Both the position numbers and the translations under genes were made by a program. A stretch of 64,000 bases of DNA, from assembly GCA_964016885.1 (NCBI GenBank), contig OZ024743.1:233554001-233618000 (forward strand), in the 5' to 3' direction. The stretch's first letter is position 1, and the number at the start of each line of letters is the position of its first letter. The notes below the pieces were generated by a model. That model saw only the letters and a list, made by a program, of their open reading frames with translations, made no database searches and had not been told where the DNA came from. Origin of the DNA: Eledone cirrhosa. Lineage: Eukaryota. Below are positions 11,301 to 23,900 of the stretch, piece by piece.

Positions 11301-14300
11301 GCAAATCGTCATTTTTGGATTCGTTTTCTTCGAAGCACACCATTCGCCGGCGGACTTTGTTGACGTTTAACACGGTTTGGTTCCACAGCCACAACTATTG
11401 ATTTTACGGAGATATCTTGCTGAAATTCACGCCACACATAGCCAATGAGTGTCTGCACATGTACCAGTAATTACAGATCGATCCGACCACGGGCGGCCGG
11501 CCCGCGATTGAAAAGGTAACTCCGCCGGCAAATCGTCATTTTGGATTCGTTTTCTTCGAAGCACACCATTCGCCGGCGGACTTTGTTGACGTTTAACACG
11601 GTTTGGTTCCACAGCCACAACTATTGATTTTACGGAGATATCTTGCTGAAATTCACGCCACACATAGCCAATGAGTGTCTGCACATGTACCAGTAATTAC
11701 AGATCGATCCGACCACGGGCGGCCGGCCCGCGATTGAAAAGGTAACTCCGCCGGCAAATCGTCAATTTTGGATTCGTTTTCTTCGAAGCACACCATTCGC
11801 CGGCGGACTTTGTTGACGTTTAACACGGTTTGGTTCCACAGCCACAACTATTGATTTTACGGAGATATCTTGCTGAAATTCACGCCACACATAGCCAATG
11901 AGTGTCTGCACATGTACCAGTAATTACAGATCGATCCGACCACGGGCGGCCGGCCCGCGATTGAAAAGGTAACTCCGCCGGCAAATCGTCATTTTTGGAT
12001 TCGTTTTCTTCGAAGCACACCATTCGCCGGCGGACTTTGTTGACGTTTAACACGGTTTGGTTCCACAGCCACAACTATTGATTTTACGGAGATATCTTGC
12101 TGAAATTCACGCCACACATAGCCAATGAGTGTCTGCACATGTACCAGTAATTACAGATCGATCCGACCACGGGCGGCCGGCCCGCGATTGAAAAGGTAAC
12201 TCCGCCGGCAAATCGTCATTTTTGGATTCGTTTTCTTCGAAGCACACCATTCGCCGGCGGACTTTGTTGACGTTTAACACGGTTTGGTTCCACAGCCACA
12301 ACTATTGATTTTACGGAGATATCTTGCTGAAATTCACGCCACACATAGCCAATGAGTGTCTGCACATGTACCAGTAATTACAGATCGATCCGACCACGGG
12401 CGGCCGGCCCGCGATTGAAAAGGTAACTCCGCCGGCAAATCGTCATTTTTGGATTCGTTTTCTTCGAAGCACACCATTCGCCGGCGGACTTTGTTGACGT
12501 TTAACACGGTTTGGTTCCACAGCCACAACTATTGATTTTACGGAGATATCTTGCTGAAATTCACGCCACACATAGCCAATGAGTGTCTGCACATGTACCA
12601 GTAATTACAGATCGATCCGACCACGGCCGGCCGGCCCGCGATTGAAAAGGTAACTCCGCCGGCAAATCGTCATTTTTGGATTCGTTTTCTTCGAAGCACA
12701 CCATTCGCCGGCGGACTTTGTTGACGTTTAACACGGTTTGGTTCCACAGCCACAACTATTGATTTTACGGAGATATCTTGCTGAAATTCACGCCACACAT
12801 AGCCAATGAGTGTCTGCACATGTACCAGTAATTACAGATCGATCCGACCACGGGCGGCCGGCCCGCGATTGAAAAGGTAACTCCGCCGGCAAATCGTCAA
12901 TTTTGGATTCGTTTTCTTCGAAGCACACCATTCGCCGGCGGACTTTGTTGACGTTTAACACGGTTTGGTTCCACAGCCACAACTATTGATTTTACGGAGA
13001 TATCTTGCTGAAATTCACGCCACACATAGCCAATGAGTGTCTGCACATGTACCAGTAATTACAGATCGATCCGACCACGGGCGGCCGGCCCGCGATTGAA
13101 AAGGTAACTCCGCCGGCAAATCGTCAATTTTGGATTCGTTTTCTTCGAAGCACACCATTCGCCGGCGGACTTTGTTGACGTTTAACACGGTTTGGTTCCA
13201 CAGCCACAACTATTGATTTTACGGAGATATCTTGCTGAAATTCACGCCACACATAGCCAATGAGTGTCTGCACATGTACCAGTAATTACAGATCGATCCG
13301 ACCACGGGCGGCCGGCCCGCGATTGAAAAGGTAACTCCGCCGGCAAATCGTCATTTTTGGATTCGTTTTCTTCGAAGCACACCATTCGCCGGCGGACTTT
13401 GTTGACGTTTAACACGGTTTGGTTCCACAGCCACAACTATTGATTTTACGGAGATATCTTGCTGAAATTCACGCCACACATAGCCAATGAGTGTCTGCAC
13501 ATGTACCAGTAATTACAGATCGATCCGACCACGGGCGGCCGGCCCGCGATTGAAAAGGTAACTCCGCCGGCAAATCGTCATTTTTGGATTCGTTTTCTTC
13601 GAAGCACACCATTCGCCGGCGGACTTTGTTGACGTTTAACACGGTTTGGTTCCACAGCCACAACTATTGATTTTACGGAGATATCTTGCTGAAATTCACG
13701 CCACACATAGCCAATGAGTGTCTGCACATGTACCAGTAATTACAGATCGATCCGACCACGGGCGGCCGGCCCGCGATTGAAAAGGTAACTCCGCCGGCAA
13801 ATCGTCATTTTTGGATTCGTTTTCTTCGAAGCACACCATTCGCCGGCGGACTTTGTTGACGTTTAACACGGTTTGGTTCCACAGCCACAACTATTGATTT
13901 TACGGAGATATCTTGCTGAAATTCACGCCACACATAGCCAATGAGTGTCTGCACATGTACCAGTAATTACAGATCGATCCGACCACGGGCGGCCGGCCCG
14001 CGATTGAAAAGGTAACTCCGCCGGCAAATCGTCATTTTTGGATTCGTTTTCTTCGAAGCACACCATTCGCCGGCGGACTTTGTTGACGTTTAACACGGTT
14101 TGGTTCCACAGCCACAACTATTGATTTTACGGAGATATCTTGCTGAAATTCACGCCACACATAGCCAATGAGTGTCTGCACATGTACCAGTAATTACAGA
14201 TCGATCCGACCACGGGCGGCCGGCCCGCGATTGAAAAGGTAACTCCGCCGGCAAATCGTCATTTTTGGATTCGTTTTCTTCGAAGCACACCATTCGCCGG

Positions 14301-17300
14301 CGGACTTTGTTGACGTTTAACACGGTTTGGTTCCACAGCCACAACTATTGATTTTACGGAGATATCTTGCTGAAATTCACGCCACACATAGCCAATGAGT
14401 GTCTGCACATGTACCAGTAATTACAGATCGATCCGACCACGGGCGGCCGGCCCGCGATTGAAAAGGTAACTCCGCCGGCAAATCGTCATTTTTGGATTCG
14501 TTTTCTTCGAAGCACACCATTCGCCGGCGGACTTTGTTGACGTTTAACACGGTTTGGTTCCACAGCCACAACTATTGATTTTACGGAGATATCTTGCTGA
14601 AATTCACGCCACACATAGCCAATGAGTGTCTGCACATGTACCAGTAATTACAGATCGATCCGACCACGGGCCGGCCGGCCCGCGATTGAAAAGGTAACTC
14701 CGCCGGCAAATCGTCATTTTTGGATTCGTTTTCTTCGAAGCACACCATTCGCCGGCGGACTTTGTTGACGTTTAACACGGTTTGGTTCCACAGCCACAAC
14801 TATTGATTTTACGGAGATATCTTGCTGAAATTCACGCCACACATAGCCAATGAGTGTCTGCACATGTACCAGTAATTACAGATCGATCCGACCACGGGCG
14901 GCCGGCCCGCGATTGAAAAGGTAACTCCGCCGGCAAATCGTCATTTTTGGATTCGTTTTCTTCGAAGCACACCATTCGCCGGCGGACTTTGTTGACGTTT
15001 AACACGGTTTGGTTCCACAGCCACAACTATTGATTTTACGGAGATATCTTGCTGAAATTCACGCCACACATAGCCAATGAGTGTCTGCACATGTACCAGT
15101 AATTACAGATCGATCCGACCACGGGCGGCCGGCCCGCGATTGAAAAGGTAACTCCGCCGGCAAATCGTCATTTTTGGATTCGTTTTCTTCGAAGCACACC
15201 ATTCGCCGGCGGACTTTGTTGACGTTTAACACGGTTTGGTTCCACAGCCACAACTATTGATTTTACGGAGATATCTTGCTGAAATTCACGCCACACATAG
15301 CCAATGAGTGTCTGCACATGTACCAGTAATTACAGATCGATCCGACCACGGGCGGCCGGCCCGCGATTGAAAAGGTAACTCCGCCGGCAAATCGTCATTT
15401 TTGGATTCGTTTTCTTCGAAGCACACCATTCGCCGGCGGACTTTGTTGACGTTTAACACGGTTTGGTTCCACAGCCACAACTATTGATTTTACGGAGATA
15501 TCTTGCTGAAATTCACGCCACACATAGCCAATGAGTGTCTGCACATGTACCAGTAATTACAGATCGATCCGACCACGGGCGGCCGGCCCGCGATTGAAAA
15601 GGTAACTCCGCCGGCAAATCGTCATTTTTGGATTCGTTTTCTTCGAAGCACACCATTCGCCGGCGGACTTTGTTGACGTTTAACACGGTTTGGTTCCACA
15701 GCCACAACTATTGATTTTACGGAGATATCTTGCTGAAATTCACGCCACACATAGCCAATGAGTGTCTGCACATGTACCAGTAATTACAGATCGATCCGAC
15801 CACGGGCGGCCGGCCCGCGATTGAAAAGGTAACTCCGCCGGCAAATCGTCATTTTTGGATTCGTTTTCTTCGAAGCACACCATTCGCCGGCGGACTTTGT
15901 TGACGTTTAACACGGTTTGGTTCCACAGCCACAACTATTGATTTTACGGAGATATCTTGCTGAAATTCACGCCACACATAGCCAATGAGTGTCTGCACAT
16001 GTACCAGTAATTACAGATCGATCCGACCACGGGCGGCCGGCCCGCGATTGAAAAGGTAACTCCGCCGGCAAATCGTCATTTTTGGATTCGTTTTCTTCGA
16101 AGCACACCATTCGCCGGCGGACTTTGTTGACGTTTAACACGGTTTGGTTCCACAGCCACAACTATTGATTTTACGGAGATATCTTGCTGAAATTCACGCC
16201 ACACATAGCCAATGAGTGTCTGCACATGTACCAGTAATTACAGATCGATCCGACCACGGGCGGCCGGCCCGCGATTGAAAAGGTAACTCCGCCGGCAAAT
16301 CGTCATTTTTGGATTCGTTTTCTTCGAAGCACACCATTCGCCGGCGGACTTTGTTGACGTTTAACACGGTTTGGTTCCACAGCCACAACTATTGATTTTA
16401 CGGAGATATCTTGCTGAAATTCACGCCACACATAGCCAATGAGTGTCTGCACATGTACCAGTAATTACAGATCGATCCGACCACGGGCGGCCGGCCCGCG
16501 ATTGAAAAGGTAACTCCGCCGGCAAATCGTCATTTTTGGATTCGTTTTCTTCGAAGCACACCATTCGCCGGCGGACTTTGTTGACGTTTAACACGGTTTG
16601 GTTCCACAGCCACAACTATTGATTTTACGGAGATATCTTGCTGAAATTCACGCCACACATAGCCAATGAGTGTCTGCACATGTACCAGTAATTACAGATC
16701 GATCCGACCACGGGCGGCCGGCCCGCGATTGAAAAGGTAACTCCGCCGGCAAATCGTCATTTTTGGATTCGTTTTCTTCGAAGCACACCATTCGCCGGCG
16801 GACTTTGTTGACGTTTAACACGGTTTGGTTCCACAGCCACAACTATTGATTTTACGGAGATATCTTGCTGAAATTCACGCCACACATAGCCAATGAGTGT
16901 CTGCACATGTACCAGTAATTACAGATCGATCCGACCACGGGCGGCCGGCCCGCGATTGAAAAGGTAACTCCGCCGGCAAATCGTCATTTTTGGATTCGTT
17001 TTCTTCGAAGCACACCATTCGCCGGCGGACTTTGTTGACGTTTAACACGGTTTGGTTCCACAGCCACAACTATTGATTTTACGGAGATATCTTGCTGAAA
17101 TTCACGCCACACATAGCCAATGAGTGTCTGCACATGTACCAGTAATTACAGATCGATCCGACCACGGGCGGCCGGCCCGCGATTGAAAAGGTAACTCCGC
17201 CGGCAAATCGTCATTTTTGGATTCGTTTTCTTCGAAGCACACCATTCGCCGGCGGACTTTGTTGACGTTTAACACGGTTTGGTTCCACAGCCACAACTAT

Positions 17301-20300
17301 TGATTTTACGGAGATATCTTGCTGAAATTCACGCCACACATAGCCAATGAGTGTCTGCACATGTACCAGTAATTACAGATCGATCCGACCACGGGCGGCC
17401 GGCCCGCGATTGAAAAGGTAACTCCGCCGGCAAATCGTCATTTTTGGATTCGTTTTCTTCGAAGCACACCATTCGCCGGCGGACTTTGTTGACGTTTAAC
17501 ACGGTTTGGTTCCACAGCCACAACTATTGATTTTACGGAGATATCTTGCTGAAATTCACGCCACACATAGCCAATGAGTGTCTGCACATGTACCAGTAAT
17601 TACAGATCGATCCGACCACGGGCGGCCGGCCCGCGATTGAAAAGGTAACTCCGCCGGCAAATCGTCATTTTTGGATTCGTTTTCTTCGAAGCACACCATT
17701 CGCCGGCGGACTTTGTTGACGTTTAACACGGTTTGGTTCCACAGCCACAACTATTGATTTTACGGAGATATCTTGCTGAAATTCACGCCACACATAGCCA
17801 ATGAGTGTCTGCACATGTACCAGTAATTACAGATCGATCCGACCACGGCGGCCGGCCCGCGATTGAAAAGGTAACTCCGCCGGCAAATCGTCATTTTTGG
17901 ATTCGTTTTCTTCGAAGCACACCATTCGCCGGCGGACTTTGTTGACGTTTAACACGGTTTGGTTCCACAGCCACAACTATTGATTTTACGGAGATATCTT
18001 GCTGAAATTCACGCCACACATAGCCAATGAGTGTCTGCACATGTACCAGTAATTACAGATCGATCCGACCACGGGCGGCCGGCCCGCGATTGAAAAGGTA
18101 ACTCCGCCGGCAAATCGTCATTTTTGGATTCGTTTTCTTCGAAGCACACCATTCGCCGGCGGACTTTGTTGACGTTTAACACGGTTTGGTTCCACAGCCA
18201 CAACTATTGATTTTACGGAGATATCTTGCTGAAATTCACGCCACACATAGCCAATGAGTGTCTGCACATGTACCAGTAATTACAGATCGATCCGACCACG
18301 GGCGGCCGGCCCGCGATTGAAAAGGTAACTCCGCCGGCAAATCGTCATTTTTGGATTCGTTTTCTTCGAAGCACACCATTCGCCGGCGGACTTTGTTGAC
18401 GTTTAACACGGTTTGGTTCCACAGCCACAACTATTGATTTTACGGAGATATCTTGCTGAAATTCACGCCACACATAGCCAATGAGTGTCTGCACATGTAC
18501 CAGTAATTACAGATCGATCCGACCACGGGGCGGCCCGCGATTGAAAAGGTAACTCCGCCGGCAAATCGTCATTTTTGGATTCGTTTTCTTCGAAGCACAC
18601 CATTCGCCGGCGGACTTTGTTGACGTTTAACACGGTTTGGTTCCACAGCCACAACTATTGATTTTACGGAGATATCTTGCTGAAATTCACGCCACACATA
18701 GCCAATGAGTGTCTGCACATGTACCAGTAATTACAGATCGATCCGACCACGGGCGGCCGGCCCGCGATTGAAAAGGTAACTCCGCCGGCAAATCGTCATT
18801 TTTGGATTCGTTTTCTTCGAAGCACACCATTCGCCGGCGGACTTTGTTGACGTTTAACACGGTTTGGTTCCACAGCCACAACTATTGATTTTACGGAGAT
18901 ATCTTGCTGAAATTCACGCCACACATAGCCAATGAGTGTCTGCACATGTACCAGTAATTACAGATCGATCCGACCACGGGCGGCCGGCCCGCGATTGAAA
19001 AGGTAACTCCGCCGGCAAATCGTCATTTTTGGATTCGTTTTCTTCGAAGCACACTATTCGCCGGCGGACTTTGTTGACGTTTAACACGGTTTGGTTCCAC
19101 AGCCACAACTATTGATTGTACGGAGATATCTTGCTGAAATTCACGCCACACATAGCCAATGAGTGTCTGCACATGTACCAGTAATTACAGATCGATCCGA
19201 CCACGGGCGGCCGGCCCGCGATTGAAAAGGTAACTCCGCCGGCAAATCGTCATTTTTGGATTCGTTTTCTTCGAAGCACACCATTCGCCGGCGACTTTGT
19301 TGACGTTTAACACGGTTTGGTTCCACAGCCACAACTATTGATTTTACGGAGATATCTTGCTGAAATTCACGCCACACATAGCCAATGAGTGTCTGCACAT
19401 GTACCAGTAATTACAGATCGATCCGACCACGGGCGGCCGGCCCGCGATTGAAAAGGTAACTCCGCCGGCAAATCGTCATTTTTGGATTCGTTTTCTTCGA
19501 AGCACACCATTCGCCGGCGGACTTTGTTGACGTTTAACACGGTTTGGTTCCACAGCCACAACTATTGATTTTACGGAGATATCTTGCTGAAATTCACGCC
19601 ACACATAGCCAATGAGTGTCTGCACATGTACCAGTAATTACAGATCGATCCGACCACGGGCGGCCGGCCCGCGATTGAAAAGGTAACTCCGCCGGCAAAT
19701 CGTCATTTTTGGATTCGTTTTCTTCGAAGCACACTATTCGCCGGCGGACTTTGTTGACGTTTAACACGGTTTGGTTCCACAGCCACAACTATTGATTGTA
19801 CGGAGATATCTTGCTGAAATTCACGCCACACATAGCCAATGAGTGTCTGCACATGTACCAGTAATTACAGATCGATCCGACCACGGGCGGCCGGCCCGCG
19901 ATTGAAAAGGTAACTCCGCCGGCAAATCGTCATTTTTGGATTCGTTTTCTTCGAAGCACACCATTCGCCGGCGGACTTTGTTGACGTTTAACACGGTTTG
20001 GTTCCACAGCCACAACTATTGATTTTACGGAGATATCTTGCTGAAATTCACGCCACACATAGCCAATGAGTGTCTGCACATGTACCAGTAATTACAGATC
20101 GATCCGACCACGGGCGGCCGGCCCGCGATTGAAAAGGTAACTCCGCCGGTAAATCGTCATTTTTGGATTCGTTTTCTTCGAAGCACACCATTCGCCGGCG
20201 GACTTTGTTGACGTTTAACACGGTTTGGTTCCACAGCCACAACTATTGATTTTACGGAGATATCTTGCTGAAATTCACGCCACACATAGCCAATGAGTGT

Positions 20301-20952
20301 CTGCACATGTACCAGTAATTACAGATCGAACTGACCACGGGCGGCCGCGCGATTGAAAAGGTAACTCCGCCGGCAAATCGTCATTTTTGGATTCGTTTTC
20401 TTCGAAGCACACCATTCGCCGGCGGACTTTGCTGACGTTTAACACGGTTTGGTTCCACAGCCACAACTATTGATTTTACGGAGATATCTTGCTGAAATTC
20501 ACGCCACACATAGCCAATGAGTGTCTGCACATGTACCAGTAATTACAGATCGATCCGACCACGGGCGGCCGGCCCGCGATTGAAAAGGTAACTCCGCCGG
20601 CAAATCGTCATTTTTGGATTCGTTTTCTTCGAAGCACACCATTCGCCGGCGGACTTTGTTGACGTTTAACACGGTTTGGTTCCACAGCCACAACTATTGA
20701 TTTTACGGAGATATCTTGCTGAAATTCACGCCACACATAGCCAATGAGTGTCTGCACATGTACCAGTAATTACAGATCGATCCGACCACGGGCGGCCGGC
20801 CCGCGATTGAAAAGGTAACTCCGCCGGCAAATCGTCATTTTTGGATTCGTTTTCTTCGAAGCACACCATTCGCCGGCGGACTTTGTTGACGTTTAACACG
20901 GTTTGGTTCCACAGCCACAACTATTGATTTTACGGAGATATCTTGCTGAAAT
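8347..20952 (-). repeat. Homogeneous sub-array (~55 near-consensus monomers, no higher-order structure)
   Basis: Most units are pure consensus, e.g. 14832-17750 with no variant seen. Only sporadic SNPs and singleton indels occur. Confidence 0.9.
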
Positions 20953-23900
20953 TCACGCCACACATAGCCAATGAGTGTCTGCACATGTACCAGTAATTAC
21001 AGATCGATCCGACCACGGCCGGCCGGCCCGCGATTGAAAAGGTAACTCCGCCGGCAAATCGTCATTTTTGGATTCGTTTTCTTCGAAGCACACCATTCGC
21101 CGGCGGACTTTGTTGACGTTTAACACGGTTTGGTTCCACAGCCACAACTATTGATTTTACGGAGATATCTTGCTGAAATTCACGCCACACATAGCCAATG
21201 AGTGTCTGCACATGTACCAGTAATTACAGATCGATCCGACCACGGGCGGCCGGCCCGCGATTGAAAAGGTAACTCCGCCGGCAAATCGTCAATTTTGGAT
21301 TCGTTTTCTTCGAAGCACACCATTCGCCGGCGGACTTTGTTGACGTTTAACACGGTTTGGTTCCACAGCCACAACTATTGATTTTACGGAGATATCTTGC
21401 TGAAATTCACGCCACACATAGCCAATGAGTGTCTGCACATGTATCAGTAATTACAGATCGATCCGACCACGGGCGGCCGGCCCGCGATTGAAAAGGTAAC
21501 TCCGCCGGCAAATCGTCATTTTTGGATTCGTTTTCTTCGAAGCACACCATTCGCCGGCGGACTTTGTTGACGTTTAACACGGTTTGGTTCCACAGCCACA
21601 ACTATTGATTTTACGGAGATATCTTGCTGAAATTCACGCCACACATAGCCAATGAGTGTCTGCACATGTACCAGTAATTACAGATCGATCCGACCACGGG
21701 CGGCCGGTTTGCGATTGAAAAGGTAACTCCGCCGGCAAATCGTCATTTTTGGATTCGTTTTCTTCGAAGCACACCATTCGCCGGCGGACTTTGTTGACGT
21801 TTAACACGGTTTGGTTCCACAGCCACAACTATTGATTTTACGGAGATATCTTGCTGAAATTCACGCCACACATAGCCAATGAGTGTCTGCACATGTACCA
21901 GTAATTACAGATCGATCCGACCACGGGCGGTCGGTTTGCGATTGAAAAGGTAACTCCGCCGGCAAATCGTCATTTTTGGATTCGTTTTCTTCGAAGCACA
22001 CCATTCGCCAGCTGACTTTGTTGACGTTTAACACGGTTTGGTTCCACAGCCACAACTATTGATTTTAAGGAGATATCTTGCTGAAATTCACGCCACACAT
22101 AGCCAATGAGTGTCTGCACAGGTACCAGTAATTACAGATCGATCCGACCACGGGCGGCCGGTTTGCGATTGAAAAGGTAACTCCGCCGGCAAATCGTCAT
22201 TTTTGGATTCGTTTTCTTCGAAGCACACCATTCGCCGGCGGACTTTGTTGACGTTTAACACGGTTTGGTTCCACAGCCACAACTATTGATTTTACGGAGA
22301 TATCTTGCTGAAATTCACGCCACACATAGCCAATGAGTGTCTGCACATGTACCAGTAATTACAGATCGATCCGACCACGGGCGGCCGGCCCGCGATTGAA
22401 AAGGTAACTCCGCCGGCAAATCGTCATTTTTGGATTCGTTTTCTTCGAAGCACACCATTCGCCGGCGGACTTTGTTGACGTTTAACACGGTTTGGTTCCA
22501 CAGCCACAACTATTGATTTTACGGAGATATCTTGCTGAAATTCACGCCACACATAGCCAATGAGTGTCTGCACATGTACCAGTAATTACAGATCGATCCG
22601 ACCACGGCCGGCCGGCCCGCGATTGAAAAGGTAACTCCGCCGGCAAATCGTCATTTTTGGATTCGTTTTCTTCGAAGCACACCATTCGCCGGCGGACTTT
22701 GTTGACGTTTAACACGGTTTGGTTCCACAGCCACAACTATTGATTTTACGGAGATATCTTGCTGAAATTCACGCCACACATAGCCAATGAGTGTCTGCAC
22801 ATGTACCAGTAATTACAGATCGATCCGACCACGGGCGGCCGGCCCGCGATTGAAAAGGTAACTCCGCCGGCAAATCGTCAATTTTGGATTCGTTTTCTTC
22901 GAAGCACACCATTCGCCGGCGGACTTTGTTGACGTTTAACACGGTTTGGTTCCACAGCCACAACTATTGATTTTACGGAGATATCTTGCTGAAATTCACG
23001 CCACACATAGCCAATGAGTGTCTGCACATGTACCAGTAATTACAGATCGATCCGACCACGGGCGGTCGGTTTGCGATTGAAAAGGTAACTCCGCCGGCAA
23101 ATCGTCATTTTTGGATTCGTTTTCTTCGAAGCACACCATTCGCCGGCGGACTTTGTTGACGTTTAACACGGTTTGGTTCCACAGCCACAACTATTGATTT
23201 TACGGAGATATCTTGCTGAAATTCACGCCACACATAGCCAATGAGTGTCTGCACATGTATCAGTAATTACAGATCGATCCGACCACGGGCGGCCGGCCCG
23301 CGATTGAAAAGGTAACTCCGCCGGCAAATCGTCATTTTTGGATTCGTTTTCTTCGAAGCACACCATTCGCCGGCGGACTTTGTTGACGTTTAACACGGTT
23401 TGGTTCCACAGCCACAACTATTGATTTTACGGAGATATCTTGCTGAAATTCACGCCACACATAGCCAATGAGTGTCTGCACATGTACCAGTAATTACAGA
23501 TCGATCCGACCACGGGCGGCCGGTTTGCGATTGAAAAGGTAACTCCGCCGGCAAATCGTCATTTTTGGATTCGTTTTCTTCGAAGCACACCATTCGCCGG
23601 CGGACTTTGTTGACGTTTAACACGGTTTGGTTCCACAGCCACAACTATTGATTTTACGGAGATATCTTGCTGAAATTCACGCCACACATAGCCAATGAGT
23701 GTCTGCACATGTACCAGTAATTACAGATCGATCCGACCACGGGCGGTCGGTTTGCGATTGAAAAGGTAACTCCGCCGGCAAATCGTCATTTTTGGATTCG
23801 TTTTCTTCGAAGCACACCATTCGCCAGCTGACTTTGTTGACGTTTAACACGGTTTGGTTCCACAGCCACAACTATTGATTTTAAGGAGATATCTTGCTGA

